This document shows, piece after piece, positions 9,907 to 18,937 of a DNA stretch of 64,000 nucleotides. Within the stretch, counting starts at the first letter, position 1, and every line of letters begins with the position of its first letter. The stretch comes from Nocardioides sp. Its GTDB lineage: Bacteria > Actinomycetota > Actinomycetes > Propionibacteriales > Nocardioidaceae. The notes under the pieces were generated by a model. It worked only from the letters and a program-made list of their open reading frames with translations. It had not been told where the DNA came from and ran no database searches. The stretch lies in the NCBI RefSeq assembly GCF_030150155.1, contig NZ_JASLGR010000060.1, positions 56,813 through 120,812 on the forward strand. The letters are read 5' to 3'. A program made the position numbers and the translations under genes.

Positions 9907-11111
9907 CAGGCCACCATCCCGGTGGAGACCGGACGGACCGGAGCCAGTGCCAGTCCGCCGACCCGCGACGACCAGGCGGCCGCCGTACGGTAGGCGGCGG
10001 CGTTGGTGCGCAGCGCCGCCTCCCAGCCGTAGTCGGGCACCACGTCGCGGTTGTGGGTGGCGATCTGCTCGCGCAGTGCGTGGTCGGTGACCAGGCGCGT
10101 GAGCTGGCGGGCCATCGCGGCGTCGGAGTCGGCGAGCAGGCCGTCGACCTCGTGGGTGATGAAGGTGGCGACACCGGAGATGGAGCTGGCCAGCACGGGC
10201 AGCCCGGCGGTGCGGGCCTCCAGTGCGGCGATCCCGAAGGACTCTCGCCAGGCCGGGGCGATGAAGATCGAGGCGGTGGCCATCTGCTCGCGGACCTGCT
10301 CGCGGGTCAGGGCGCCGGTGACGGTGACCCGGTCGTCGAGGTGGTGGCGTTGCAGGTAGCGCTCCAGCGCCGCCCGCTTGGGCCCGTCGCCCACGATGAC
10401 GGCGTCGAAGTCGGCCTCCCGGGCCACGCGGTGCAGCATCCGAGCCAGCGGCAGGGTGCGCTTGACCGTGGTCAGGCGCATCACCCCGAGCACCGTCGGA
10501 CGTCCCGAGGTCGCGGATCCGGCGCCGGAGACGCTGCCGGATGCCAGGGCGGGGGCCTCGGCGGCGCGGCCCTCACGCGCTGCCGCCGAGGCCGCCGCAG
10601 CTACCGCGACCGGACGCCAGTAGTCCAGGTCGACGGCGTTGGGCACCACACTGACGGGTGCGCCCACGAGACGGCGTACGTGCACTGCTGCCTGCTCGCT
10701 GACGGCGGTCCACACCACCGGCCAGGCCGACGCACCGCTGAGCGGCCGGAGCACGATCGCGGCTCGCGCCAGGTCCGACCACAGCGAGTGCACCGTGATC
10801 ACGGTCGGCAGGCCGAGGGTGGCCGCGTAGCGGGCCATCCGCAGCGCGAACGGCGAGAGCACCGAGAGGTGGACGTGCACGACATCGGCGTCGATGCTGT
10901 CGAGCCAGTGCCGGTCACGGCTGCCGACCCTGACGATCTCCTCACCGAGGTCGGTCGCGATCGAGCCGGGCCGGGCCTCCCCGGCCGGGGTCGAGGTCGC
11001 CACGATCACGTCGTGGCCCTGGGCACGCTGTCCGGCGGCCAGGTCGCGGATGTGCAGCTCGATCCCGCCGACCTGGGGCAGGTAGCAGTCGGTGATGTGG
11101 ACGATCTTCAT
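9906..11111 (-). CDS. Glycosyltransferase family 4
   Basis: Start MKIVHITDCYLPQVGGIE; 'VVPNAVD', 'IVGDGP', 'RESFGIAALEA'. Confidence 0.9.
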   Translation of the reverse strand: MKIVHITDCYLPQVGGIELHIRDLAAGQRAQGHDVIVATSTPAGEARPGSIATDLGEEIVRVGSRDRHWLDSIDADVVHVHLSVLSPFALRMARYAATLGLPTVITVHSLWSDLARAAIVLRPLSGASAWPVVWTAVSEQAAVHVRRLVGAPVSVVPNAVDLDYWRPVAVAAAASAAAREGRAAEAPALASGSVSGAGSATSGRPTVLGVMRLTTVKRTLPLARMLHRVAREADFDAVIVGDGPKRAALERYLQRHHLDDRVTVTGALTREQVREQMATASIFIAPAWRESFGIAALEARTAGLPVLASSISGVATFITHEVDGLLADSDAAMARQLTRLVTDHALREQIATHNRDVVPDYGWEAALRTNAAAYRTAAAWSSRVGGLALAPVRPVSTGMVA

Positions 11112-12367
11112 GCGAGGTGTCCTTCCAGGGAGCGCGACGAGGCGGAGCGGTCGAACCACATCCACAGCGCGAGCAGCGCGCCGCCGACGGGGATCTCCAG
11201 GCCGAAGGTGAGGAGGCGGTAGATCAGGACGCCGGTGCCGACACCGGCGGCGGTGGCACCGGGCGCCATCATCAAGACGGCGGCCAGGCCGAGCTCGACG
11301 ACGCCGAGCCCACCGGGGGTCAGGCCGGCGAGGGTGAGCAGCCGCTCGCCGCAGAAGGCCAGCAGGACGAAGCCGATCGGCACGGTGGCGCCCCCGGCGT
11401 GCAGGCACAGCACCAGCAGGACCAGCAGCAGGCCCATGTAGAGCAGCAGGCCGAAGCTGAGCTGGTGCCAGCGGGTGCGGGCCAGCGCGGCGCTGCGTTC
11501 GCGGACGGTCTCGCAGGCCTCCAGGAAGCGGTGCGCCAGGCCGCGCAGGCGCTCCTTGGTCCGGGGCTTCTCCCCCGCCGCCTCCTCTGCGTTCTGGAAG
11601 GTCTCGACGGTCTGGACAGTCTCGACGGCGTCGAGGGTCTGGAGGGTTCCGACCGTCCGGACCGCCTCCGCCGTCGGGAGCGCCCCGCCGGCCCCGACCA
11701 TCTCCAGCGCAGCCTCCGAGCGACCGCCGGCGGCAGCGTCGGACTCAGCGCTGGCGACCGAACCGGCCGCAGGCAGCCCCAGCCGCCGGCGCAGCCGCGG
11801 CAGTGCCGAGCGTCCGAAGAGCAGCCAGGCCGTCAGCCCGCCGATCAGCGGGACGGTGACGGCCGAGGCGATCAGCAGCGCCGAGCCCTGCTGCACCGCC
11901 GCGCCCAGGGCGAGCGCTATCGGCACCAGGATCAGGGGCAGGAACGCCTTGGCCAGGATGTTCCACACGTTCGTGACCACGGTGAAGGAGGCGAAGCTCG
12001 CGGTGGAGAAGCCCCACCGCTTCGTCATCCGGCCGTTGAGGGCGATCCCGGCGGCCCCACCGACGGGCAGGACGTTCGCCACCGCGCTCCCGGTCAGGCT
12101 CAGCAACAGGGCCCGACGGTGGCTCAGGCCAGGCAGGGCGGCACAGGCGGTGATGGTGTGAGCACCCAGACCGAGCGCCCAGACCAGGAGCAGCAGAGCG
12201 ACCAGGAGCGGAGAGACCGCGCCCGCGGCTGCTGCGATCCCTGCCCAGCTGGTGCCGAGCAGGTGCGGGAAGAAGAGTCCGATCGCGCTCAGGCAGCCGG
12301 CGGTCAGGGTCAGATGGACCGCGCGTCGCAGGAGGACTCGTCGAGGAGATGCCTCTGGTGTGCTCAC
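11108..12367 (-). CDS. Lysylphosphatidylglycerol-synthase TM / flippase-like membrane protein
   Basis: 'ANVLPVGGAAG', 'LTPGGLGVVE', 'VLIYRLLTF' motifs of LPG_synthase_TM; about 8 TM helices. Confidence 0.8.
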   Translation of the reverse strand: MSTPEASPRRVLLRRAVHLTLTAGCLSAIGLFFPHLLGTSWAGIAAAAGAVSPLLVALLLLVWALGLGAHTITACAALPGLSHRRALLLSLTGSAVANVLPVGGAAGIALNGRMTKRWGFSTASFASFTVVTNVWNILAKAFLPLILVPIALALGAAVQQGSALLIASAVTVPLIGGLTAWLLFGRSALPRLRRRLGLPAAGSVASAESDAAAGGRSEAALEMVGAGGALPTAEAVRTVGTLQTLDAVETVQTVETFQNAEEAAGEKPRTKERLRGLAHRFLEACETVRERSAALARTRWHQLSFGLLLYMGLLLVLLVLCLHAGGATVPIGFVLLAFCGERLLTLAGLTPGGLGVVELGLAAVLMMAPGATAAGVGTGVLIYRLLTFGLEIPVGGALLALWMWFDRSASSRSLEGHLA

Positions 12368-12387
12368 GCCCTCACTGTCGTGCGGGC

Positions 12388-12404
12388 TGCCTGCAATGAA
12401 CCTG
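12388..12404 (-). promoter_or_regulatory. OmpR-type direct-repeat box CAGGTT-cattg-CAGGCA
   Basis: 8 nt upstream of -10-like GACAGT, which is 6 nt before the GTG at 12367. Confidence 0.6.
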
Positions 12405-12412
12405 ACTGAGGG

Positions 12413-14644
12413 TCAGGGACCGACCTCGTAGGTCTGTCCGTCGGCGCACGGGTCGGCCGGGATGGTCCGTTCCACGCCCCGACGCAGCCAGACCGGGTGC
12501 TTGCAGACGGTCTGGACCAGGACGTACTCCCGGGCGACGGTCTGCTCGATGCGGTGGTCGCCGTCGAGCTTCCAGGTGTTGAACCTGTCCCAGCCGATCA
12601 CCCAGGTCGGCGCCAGCGACGGCGTCGTGAGGGTGCGGTAGAGCTCGGTCAGGTTCGGGTCCATCGTGCGGACCGGCAGGCTCCAGGCATAGGGGTACGC
12701 CGGCCGGAGGCGGGTCTCGCCGACGACGTTGGCGTGACTGTAGAGCGAGACCACGGTGTCGTCGGGGTGCGCGGCCTCGGCCACCCAGCCGCCGACCTTC
12801 GTCACCGAGCTGGTCTGGGCCGCGACCTGCCCCGCGATCGGGGTCAGCACGACGGCGGCGACGACGCCGACCACGACCAGGGCGCGGGCACTCCACTGCA
12901 CCTTCCCCGCGTCCGTCGCGAGGACGCCGACCGCCAGCACGACCATCGGGGAGAGCCCGATCAGGTAGTGCGGCCAGTAGTTCCCACCGAAGACGACCCC
13001 GACCAGCTCGACGGCCAGGGCGGCGAGCACGGCGAAGAGCAGCGGCGAGGGCCGACGGAGCCGGCGCACGCCGAGGATCAGGAGCGGAATCAGCACGGGC
13101 AGGAGGCCGCAGGCCAGGGACTTCCAGGCCAGGTCGACGCTGCGGGCGTTGGCGGCGGCCATCGAGCCCTCCGACATCACCCGGGCCGCGTCGATCCGGA
13201 AGCCGTACATCGCGTAGATCAGGTCGCTGACGCCGGTGTTGCGTGCCGCCCACAGGGCCGTGGCGGCGACCGGGATCGCGAAGCCGACGACGGCGACACC
13301 GCCCAGCACGGCGAGGCGGCCGCGTCCGGCCTTGTCGATGATCAGGTGGCCCAGGCCGAGCACCGCGACGAAGGCCACGGCGTCGGCGAAGTTCTGCTTG
13401 GTCATCAGGGAGGCCCCGGCACCGAACCCGGCTAGCAGCGCGAACCCGACGGCGCGGCGCAGCGTCGGGCCCCGATCCCGCACCAGGGTGATCGCGGCGG
13501 CCACGGCGATCATCGACCAGGTGCTGGCGACCAGCTCGCCGTTGAGGGCGAAGGTCTGGGTCACCGGGGTGACCACGAGGAAGAAGGCCGCCAGCGCCGC
13601 CCAGCGTGCGGCCCGGGCCCCACGGGCAGCCCAGCCGGCCCAGCCGGCGGCGAGGACGAAGATCACGGCGACCAGCCCGGCCACGATCCGGGGACCGTAG
13701 TAGCCGAGCTGGTTGGCCAACCAGAACACGGAGATCAGTCCCGGCGGCCGGTCGACCCACTGGGCGCCGTACAGGTGTCCGCCGGCGCTGTCCCACCAGC
13801 GCGCCACCATCGCGAAGCCGCCCTCGTCGGAGAGCAGCGAGCCGCGCAGGTAGAACAGGTGCGCCACGAAGGCGAGCAGCGCGGTGATCACCACCGGCGT
13901 GGCGACCGGGTGGCGCAGCGACTCCAGCCGCCACGACATCACCTTGCTGGCCGCCTCGGTGGCGACCCCGAGGGTCATCTTCGACGAGCCGGCGACGCGG
14001 TCGGTGAAGGTGATCGGGAGCTCGACGATGCGCAGCCCGGACTGGTGGGCGCGCCACAGGCACTCGACCTGGAAGCCGTAGCCCGACGTCGTCGTGGTGG
14101 CCACGTCGATGGCCTTGAGGGTGGTGGCGCGGTAGGCCTTGAACCCGGCCGTCGGGTCCCCGACCGGCAGCCGCAGGACCGCCCTGACGTAGGCGCCGGC
14201 GGCACGGGAGATGAGTCGGCGGCGCAGCGGCCAGCCCTCGGTCCGCCCACCGGGGACGTAGCGCGACCCGATCGCGATGTCGGCGGCGTCGGTGCCACTG
14301 ACGGCCTCGATCAGGGCCGGCAGGCTCTCGGGCGGGTGGGAGAGGTCGGCGTCGAGCTGGAGCACCACGGTGTAGTCACGGGCCTGGGCCCAGGCGAACC
14401 CGGCCCGGTAGGCGTTGCCCAGCCCGCGTTCACCGTCGCGGGAGAGCAGGTGCACCACCTCGCCGTACCCGGGCTGGGCTCGGACCAGGTCGGCGGTGCC
14501 GTCGGGGCTCAGATCGTCGACGATCAGGACGTGTGCCTCGGGGACGGCAGCCCGCACGCGGGCGATCACCTGGGCGACGTTGCCGGCCTCGTTGAAGGTC
14601 GGGATGACCGCGACGATCCGTTCACTGGTCTGCGCCAGCGGCAC
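12413..14644 (-). CDS. Polyprenol-phosphate sugar synthase (Ppm1/DPM1-like GT2) fused to a multi-TM GT-C-type glycosyltransferase
   Basis: N-term 'VIPTFNE', 'VDDLSPDGT', 'LDADLSHPP', 'IGSRYVPGG'; C-term 'LLSDEGGF', 'WVDRPPGL', 'NGEL', 'TKQN', 'YWPHY' with many TM helices; start estimated at GTG 14644. Confidence 0.8.
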   Translation of the reverse strand: MPLAQTSERIVAVIPTFNEAGNVAQVIARVRAAVPEAHVLIVDDLSPDGTADLVRAQPGYGEVVHLLSRDGERGLGNAYRAGFAWAQARDYTVVLQLDADLSHPPESLPALIEAVSGTDAADIAIGSRYVPGGRTEGWPLRRRLISRAAGAYVRAVLRLPVGDPTAGFKAYRATTLKAIDVATTTTSGYGFQVECLWRAHQSGLRIVELPITFTDRVAGSSKMTLGVATEAASKVMSWRLESLRHPVATPVVITALLAFVAHLFYLRGSLLSDEGGFAMVARWWDSAGGHLYGAQWVDRPPGLISVFWLANQLGYYGPRIVAGLVAVIFVLAAGWAGWAARGARAARWAALAAFFLVVTPVTQTFALNGELVASTWSMIAVAAAITLVRDRGPTLRRAVGFALLAGFGAGASLMTKQNFADAVAFVAVLGLGHLIIDKAGRGRLAVLGGVAVVGFAIPVAATALWAARNTGVSDLIYAMYGFRIDAARVMSEGSMAAANARSVDLAWKSLACGLLPVLIPLLILGVRRLRRPSPLLFAVLAALAVELVGVVFGGNYWPHYLIGLSPMVVLAVGVLATDAGKVQWSARALVVVGVVAAVVLTPIAGQVAAQTSSVTKVGGWVAEAAHPDDTVVSLYSHANVVGETRLRPAYPYAWSLPVRTMDPNLTELYRTLTTPSLAPTWVIGWDRFNTWKLDGDHRIEQTVAREYVLVQTVCKHPVWLRRGVERTIPADPCADGQTYEVGP

Positions 14645-14735
14645 CTCGATCACTCCTCCACGCCTCGCTTCTCCATCGGCTCTCGGGCCGACGGGACGCT
14701 GGTTGCCCGGCGTCGGCGAAGAACGTACAGACCAC

Positions 14736-14803
14736 ACCCTGCCAGAAACCTGGGCAGGCACTGTGAACGTTGAGGCAACTAGTGTTCAGGTTCGTGGCAG
14801 GTT
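14736..14803. promoter_or_regulatory. Two divergent OmpR-type boxes: CAGGTT-tctgg-CAGGGT (minus, 14736-14752) and CAGGTT-cgtgg-CAGGTT (plus, 14787-14803)
   Basis: Each lies exactly 8 nt upstream of a -10-like hexamer (TACGTT; CACGAT). Confidence 0.65.
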
Positions 14804-14882
14804 GTGACTGTCACGATCCTCGGGATCGGGGTCATCACCCGGTCGTCACCGACCGCCACCGGCCATCAGCACGGGAGTCAGC

Positions 14883-15557
14883 ATGCTCACCATCGGCGTC
14901 TGCGAGGACGAAGAGGCCATCCGCACCGTCCTCGCTCGCGGCCTGCGTCAGGCAGGGCACGATGTCGTCCTCGCCCACAACGGCAAGGAGGCGCTGGTCC
15001 AGTTCAGCCCGGACCGCAACGTCGACGTCATCGTGATGGACATCGGCCTGCCCGACGCCGACGGCCGCGACGTCGTCCAGGCACTGAAGTCGGCCGGACA
15101 GTTCGCCCCGGTCCTCTTCTTGACCGCACTGGACGCACCGCACGAGCACCTGGCCGGCTTCGCCGCCGGTGCCGACGACTACGTCACCAAGCCGTTCCAC
15201 CTCAAGGTGCTCCTGGCCCGCCTCGACGTGCTGGCCCGCCGGATCCCCGAGCGTCATCTGCACGCCGAGGGCCTGGTCCTGGACCCGCTCTCGCACTCGG
15301 CCCGGGTCGAGGAGCGTCAGGTCCGGCTCAGCCCGACCGAGTTCCGCATCCTGGCCGCGATCACCTCGCGTCCCGACGAGGTCGTACGGCGTCACAGCGT
15401 CGTTGCAGCTGCGTGGCCCGACGGCGCCATCGTGAGCGACAACACCCTGGACTCCTTCATCCGCCGGCTGCGCTCCAAGCTCGAGGAGCTGGACTCCCCC
15501 ACCCTGATCGAGACGGTACGTGGCGTCGGCTTCACCACGGCCCGCAAGGATGGCTGA
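14883..15557 (+). CDS. OmpR/PhoB-family response regulator
   Basis: REC 'VCEDE', 'MDIGLPD', 'GADDYVTKPF'; wHTH 'RRLRSKL', 'IETVRGVGF'. Confidence 0.92.
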   Translation: MLTIGVCEDEEAIRTVLARGLRQAGHDVVLAHNGKEALVQFSPDRNVDVIVMDIGLPDADGRDVVQALKSAGQFAPVLFLTALDAPHEHLAGFAAGADDYVTKPFHLKVLLARLDVLARRIPERHLHAEGLVLDPLSHSARVEERQVRLSPTEFRILAAITSRPDEVVRRHSVVAAAWPDGAIVSDNTLDSFIRRLRSKLEELDSPTLIETVRGVGFTTARKDG

Positions 15558-16916
15558 GTGATCTCCCTGACCCGCTGGCGTGACCGGCTCAGCCTGCGCG
15601 CCCAGCTGGTCAGCCTGACCGCCCTGCTGGCGGTCGCCGTCGCCGCGGGCCTAGTGCTGATCGTGCAGTTCTCCCTGGCCGGGGCCGCCACCAAGGCGAC
15701 CAACCAGGTGCTCGAGGACCGGGCCGCGGCGCTGGTCACCGAGATCCGTTCGGCCTCCGGCGACGGGGTCCTGACGGTGCCGACCTCCGAGCTCGATCCC
15801 GGGGTCGCGGTCTACAACGACACCGGTGAGCGGATCGCCGGGTCGATCCCGCCCGCGATGGAGGACGTCTTCGCGGGCCTGTCGACCACGACCTCGGTCG
15901 AGGTGCTCAACGACGTCCACGACCGGTGGGGCATCAGGGCCGAGCCGTTCAGCACCACCGCGGGCCTGCACGGCGTGGTCATCGTCGCCGAGCCCTACGA
16001 CCCGTACGAGCACAACGAGCGCGCCGCCCTGGCGGTGTCCATCGTCGCCGGCGTGCTGCTGGTCGCGATGGCGGCCGGGTCGGCGGCGTGGATCAGCCGT
16101 CGGGTGCTCAGCCCGGTGCGCCAGATGGCCCAGACGGCCGACGAGTGGAGCGAGCACGACCTCGACCGCCGCTTCGACCTGGGCGCTCCGACCAACGAGA
16201 TCCGGGCGCTCGGTCAGACCCTGGACGGCCTGCTCGACAAGGTCGCCGGGGTGATCACCGCCGAGCAGCGGCTCACCTCCGAGCTGGCCCACGAGCTGCG
16301 CACCCCGCTGACGGCGATCCACGGGATCACCGAACTGCTCAGCATGCGTACCGACCTCGACGCCGAGGCCCAGGAGGACCTGGCCCAGATCGAGCGCGCC
16401 ACCAGCGCGATGTCGCAGACCATCACCGACCTGCTGCAGCTGGCCCGCCGCGACGGCCCTGCCCGCCAGGCCGAGCGCACGCCGCTGACCGCGATCGCGG
16501 CTCAGCTCCGCGACCAGCCGCTGCCCGCCGACGCCACCATCACCCTGGTCGACGACCTGCGTGACCCGCGGCTGGGCGCCCTTGCGCTCAGCGTCCCGGC
16601 GGCCCTGGCGGTCCGCGCCCTGGCTCCGGTGGTGAGCAACGCCCTCACCCTGACCGGCGCTGCGGAAGTACGCGCCCGACTGCGTGACCGGACCGTCGAG
16701 CTGCTGGTGCTCGACTCCGGCTCCGGTCTCGACGTCGAGGACACCGAGCGTCTCTTCGACCCCGGCTTCAGCGCCTCAGGCGGCTCGGGCCTCGGGCTGG
16801 CACTGGCCCGCCGCGTCGCCCGCAGCGGCGGTGGCGACGTCACCGTCGCCGAGCGGCACAACGAGTACGGCGGTGCGACGTTCGCGATCACGTTCCCGGG
16901 CTCGGCCACCCGCTAG
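15558..16916 (+). CDS. Sensor histidine kinase (HAMP-HisKA-HATPase)
   Basis: 2 TM, H-box 'LAHELRTPL', 'DSGSG', 'GSGLGLAL'. Confidence 0.92.
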   Translation: MISLTRWRDRLSLRAQLVSLTALLAVAVAAGLVLIVQFSLAGAATKATNQVLEDRAAALVTEIRSASGDGVLTVPTSELDPGVAVYNDTGERIAGSIPPAMEDVFAGLSTTTSVEVLNDVHDRWGIRAEPFSTTAGLHGVVIVAEPYDPYEHNERAALAVSIVAGVLLVAMAAGSAAWISRRVLSPVRQMAQTADEWSEHDLDRRFDLGAPTNEIRALGQTLDGLLDKVAGVITAEQRLTSELAHELRTPLTAIHGITELLSMRTDLDAEAQEDLAQIERATSAMSQTITDLLQLARRDGPARQAERTPLTAIAAQLRDQPLPADATITLVDDLRDPRLGALALSVPAALAVRALAPVVSNALTLTGAAEVRARLRDRTVELLVLDSGSGLDVEDTERLFDPGFSASGGSGLGLALARRVARSGGGDVTVAERHNEYGGATFAITFPGSATR

Positions 16917-16981
16917 CCGACTTCCGGGTTCACCACCGCCGACTTCCGGGTTCACCACCGCCGACTTCCGGGTTCGCCCCG
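16916..16981 (+). repeat. 22-bp tandem repeat array (3 units)
   Basis: Two perfect GCCGACTTCCGGGTTCACCACC plus a degenerate third; begins on last base of the kinase TAG. Confidence 0.95.
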
Positions 16982-16996
16982 GTGACGACGTACGAC

Positions 16997-17539
16997 TCAG
17001 GCGAGCGCGTCGGCGTTGGCTGAGATCACAGCGAGCAACCGGGCCAAGGTGGCCCGGTCATCGTCGTCGAGCCCTGCCAGCAGCTCGGCGTCCTGCGCCA
17101 GACAGCGCGGCATCTGCTCCTCGACGAGGCCCGAGCCGGAGTCGGTCAGCGCCAGCAGGACGACACGACCGTCGCGCTCGTGGCCGCGCCGCTCGATCAG
17201 GCCGGCGGCCTCCAGACGGGTGGTCAGCTTGGTCGTGGCGGCACCGCTGAGCATGGTCTGCGCCGTCACCTCACTGGCACGCAGCGGCCTGTCAGCGCGA
17301 GCGAGCGCACAGAGTACGTCGAACTCGGAGCGCGTCACGCCGCTGGGCTCGAGCACCCGCTCGACGGCCTGGGTCGCCTGCATCCCGATCCGGGTGATCC
17401 GGCCCAGCACCTCCAACGGCGCGGTGTCGAGCTGTGGCTGCGTCTGCGCCCAGGCCGAGCGCAGGCGTGTGACGACGTCGGGGTGCGCGGCGGCGGGTCG
17501 GTCTGCCTCGATCGCGGGGTCGGGCAGGGGTGTCGGCAC
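16997..17539 (-). CDS. MarR-family transcriptional regulator
   Basis: 'EFDVLCAL', 'SGAATTKLTTRLEAAGLIER...DGRVVLLALT'; probable leaderless GTG at 17539 (TACAGT-6nt-GTG), alternative ATG 17581. Confidence 0.88.
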   Translation of the reverse strand: MPTPLPDPAIEADRPAAAHPDVVTRLRSAWAQTQPQLDTAPLEVLGRITRIGMQATQAVERVLEPSGVTRSEFDVLCALARADRPLRASEVTAQTMLSGAATTKLTTRLEAAGLIERRGHERDGRVVLLALTDSGSGLVEEQMPRCLAQDAELLAGLDDDDRATLARLLAVISANADALA

Positions 17540-17586
17540 GGCTCCACTGTAGCCGCGTGTGGTCGTGATTGGCGTGTCCATCGGAA

Positions 17587-17610
17587 AAGTAGTTTACTGG
17601 TAAACAACTT
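17587..17610. promoter_or_regulatory. Probable MarR operator
   Basis: AT-rich imperfect palindrome AAGTAGTTTAC-TG-GTAAACAACTT between divergent marR and MFS genes. Confidence 0.6.
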
Positions 17611-17634
17611 CTAAAGCACTTTTGAAAGGTCGTC

Positions 17635-18867
17635 ATGGCGACGAAGCACACATCTGCTCAACCCTCGCTCCTCCACCAGGCCCCCGCCGTCTGGGCCGTC
17701 GCCTTCGCGTCGATGGTCGCCTTCATGGGCATCGGCCTGGTCGGCCCGATCCTGCCGACCATCTCCGAGCAGATGAACGCCTCGCCGACCCAGACGTCGT
17801 TCCTCTTCACCAGCTACCTCGCCGTCACCGCGGTGATGATGTTCTTCACCAGCGCGATCTCCTCGCGGATCGGGTCCCGCTCGACGATGCTGATCGGACT
17901 GCTGGTCATCGTGGTGGCCGCGATCGGCTGTGCGAACGCCGGCGACATCAACGGCATCATCGCGTTCCGCGCCCTGTGGGGCCTGGGCAACGCCTTCTTC
18001 CTCTCCACCGCCCTGGCCTCGATCATCGCGGCGAGCGGGGGCCGCACCGGCCACGCCGTCACCCTGTACGAAGCCGCCCTCGGGCTCGGCCTCGCCGTCG
18101 GTCCGCTGGTCGGCGGCCTGCTGGGCGACGTCTCCTGGAAGGCTCCGTTCTGGGGCACCGCCTCCCTGATGGCCGTCGGGTTCGTCGCGATCGTCACGAT
18201 CGTCCGCTCCTCGGGCCGACCGACCGAGAAGGCGCCGGTGCTCGCACCGTTCAAGGCACTCACCATCCCGGCGATCCTGGTGCTCTCGATCGTGGCGTTC
18301 TTCTACAACTCCTCGTTCTTCGTCACCCTCGCCTACGTGCCGTACCCGCTGCACATGTCGGCCATCCAGATCGGCATCGTGATGACCGGCTTCGGCATCG
18401 GCCTGGCGCTGACCAGCATCGTGATCGCCCCGTGGTTCACCCGCCGCTACTCCCCCGTCGCCGTCCTGCTCTCAGCACTGACGCTCTTCGCCCTGACCCA
18501 CATCGTCGCCGGAGTGGTCAACACCCACCAGGCCCCGCTGGTGATCTGCGTGATCCTGCTCGGCTTCGAGATCGGCGCCGTCAACACGGTGCTGACCGAG
18601 ATCGTGATGGAGGCGACCAGCCTGCCCCGGGCGATCACGTCATCGGCGTACTCAGGCGTGCGCTTCTTCGGTGGTGCGATCGGTGCGCCGATCGGGACCG
18701 CCCTGGAGGACTCCTGGAGCGGGATGCCGTTCCTCTTCGCTGCGGCTACCTCGATCGTGGCTGCTGTGATCGTGGTCGTCTACCGACACCACCTCGGCCA
18801 CGGTGCCGCGCCGGTGCACGAGAGCGCCGAGTTCGAGGCCGACGCCATCACCGTCGGCGCCGAGTAG
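17635..18867 (+). CDS. MFS transporter (drug/metabolite exporter-like)
   Basis: About 12 TM; 'FRALWGLGNA', 'GLAVGPLVGGLLG..SWKAPF'. Confidence 0.9.
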   Translation: MATKHTSAQPSLLHQAPAVWAVAFASMVAFMGIGLVGPILPTISEQMNASPTQTSFLFTSYLAVTAVMMFFTSAISSRIGSRSTMLIGLLVIVVAAIGCANAGDINGIIAFRALWGLGNAFFLSTALASIIAASGGRTGHAVTLYEAALGLGLAVGPLVGGLLGDVSWKAPFWGTASLMAVGFVAIVTIVRSSGRPTEKAPVLAPFKALTIPAILVLSIVAFFYNSSFFVTLAYVPYPLHMSAIQIGIVMTGFGIGLALTSIVIAPWFTRRYSPVAVLLSALTLFALTHIVAGVVNTHQAPLVICVILLGFEIGAVNTVLTEIVMEATSLPRAITSSAYSGVRFFGGAIGAPIGTALEDSWSGMPFLFAAATSIVAAVIVVVYRHHLGHGAAPVHESAEFEADAITVGAE

Positions 18868-18883
18868 TCCCCCTCGCCTCTGC

Positions 18884-18937
18884 TGCCGAGATCCGTGACG
18901 AACCCGGATCTCGGCAGTGGCGAACCCGGATCTCAGG
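18884..18937 (-). repeat. 22-bp repeat family variant (about 2 units) plus inverted partial copy forming a 12-bp hairpin
   Basis: CGTGACGAACCCGGATCTCGGC / AGTGGCGAACCCGGATCTCAGG; TGCCGAGATCCG..CGGATCTCGGCA stem. Confidence 0.8.
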
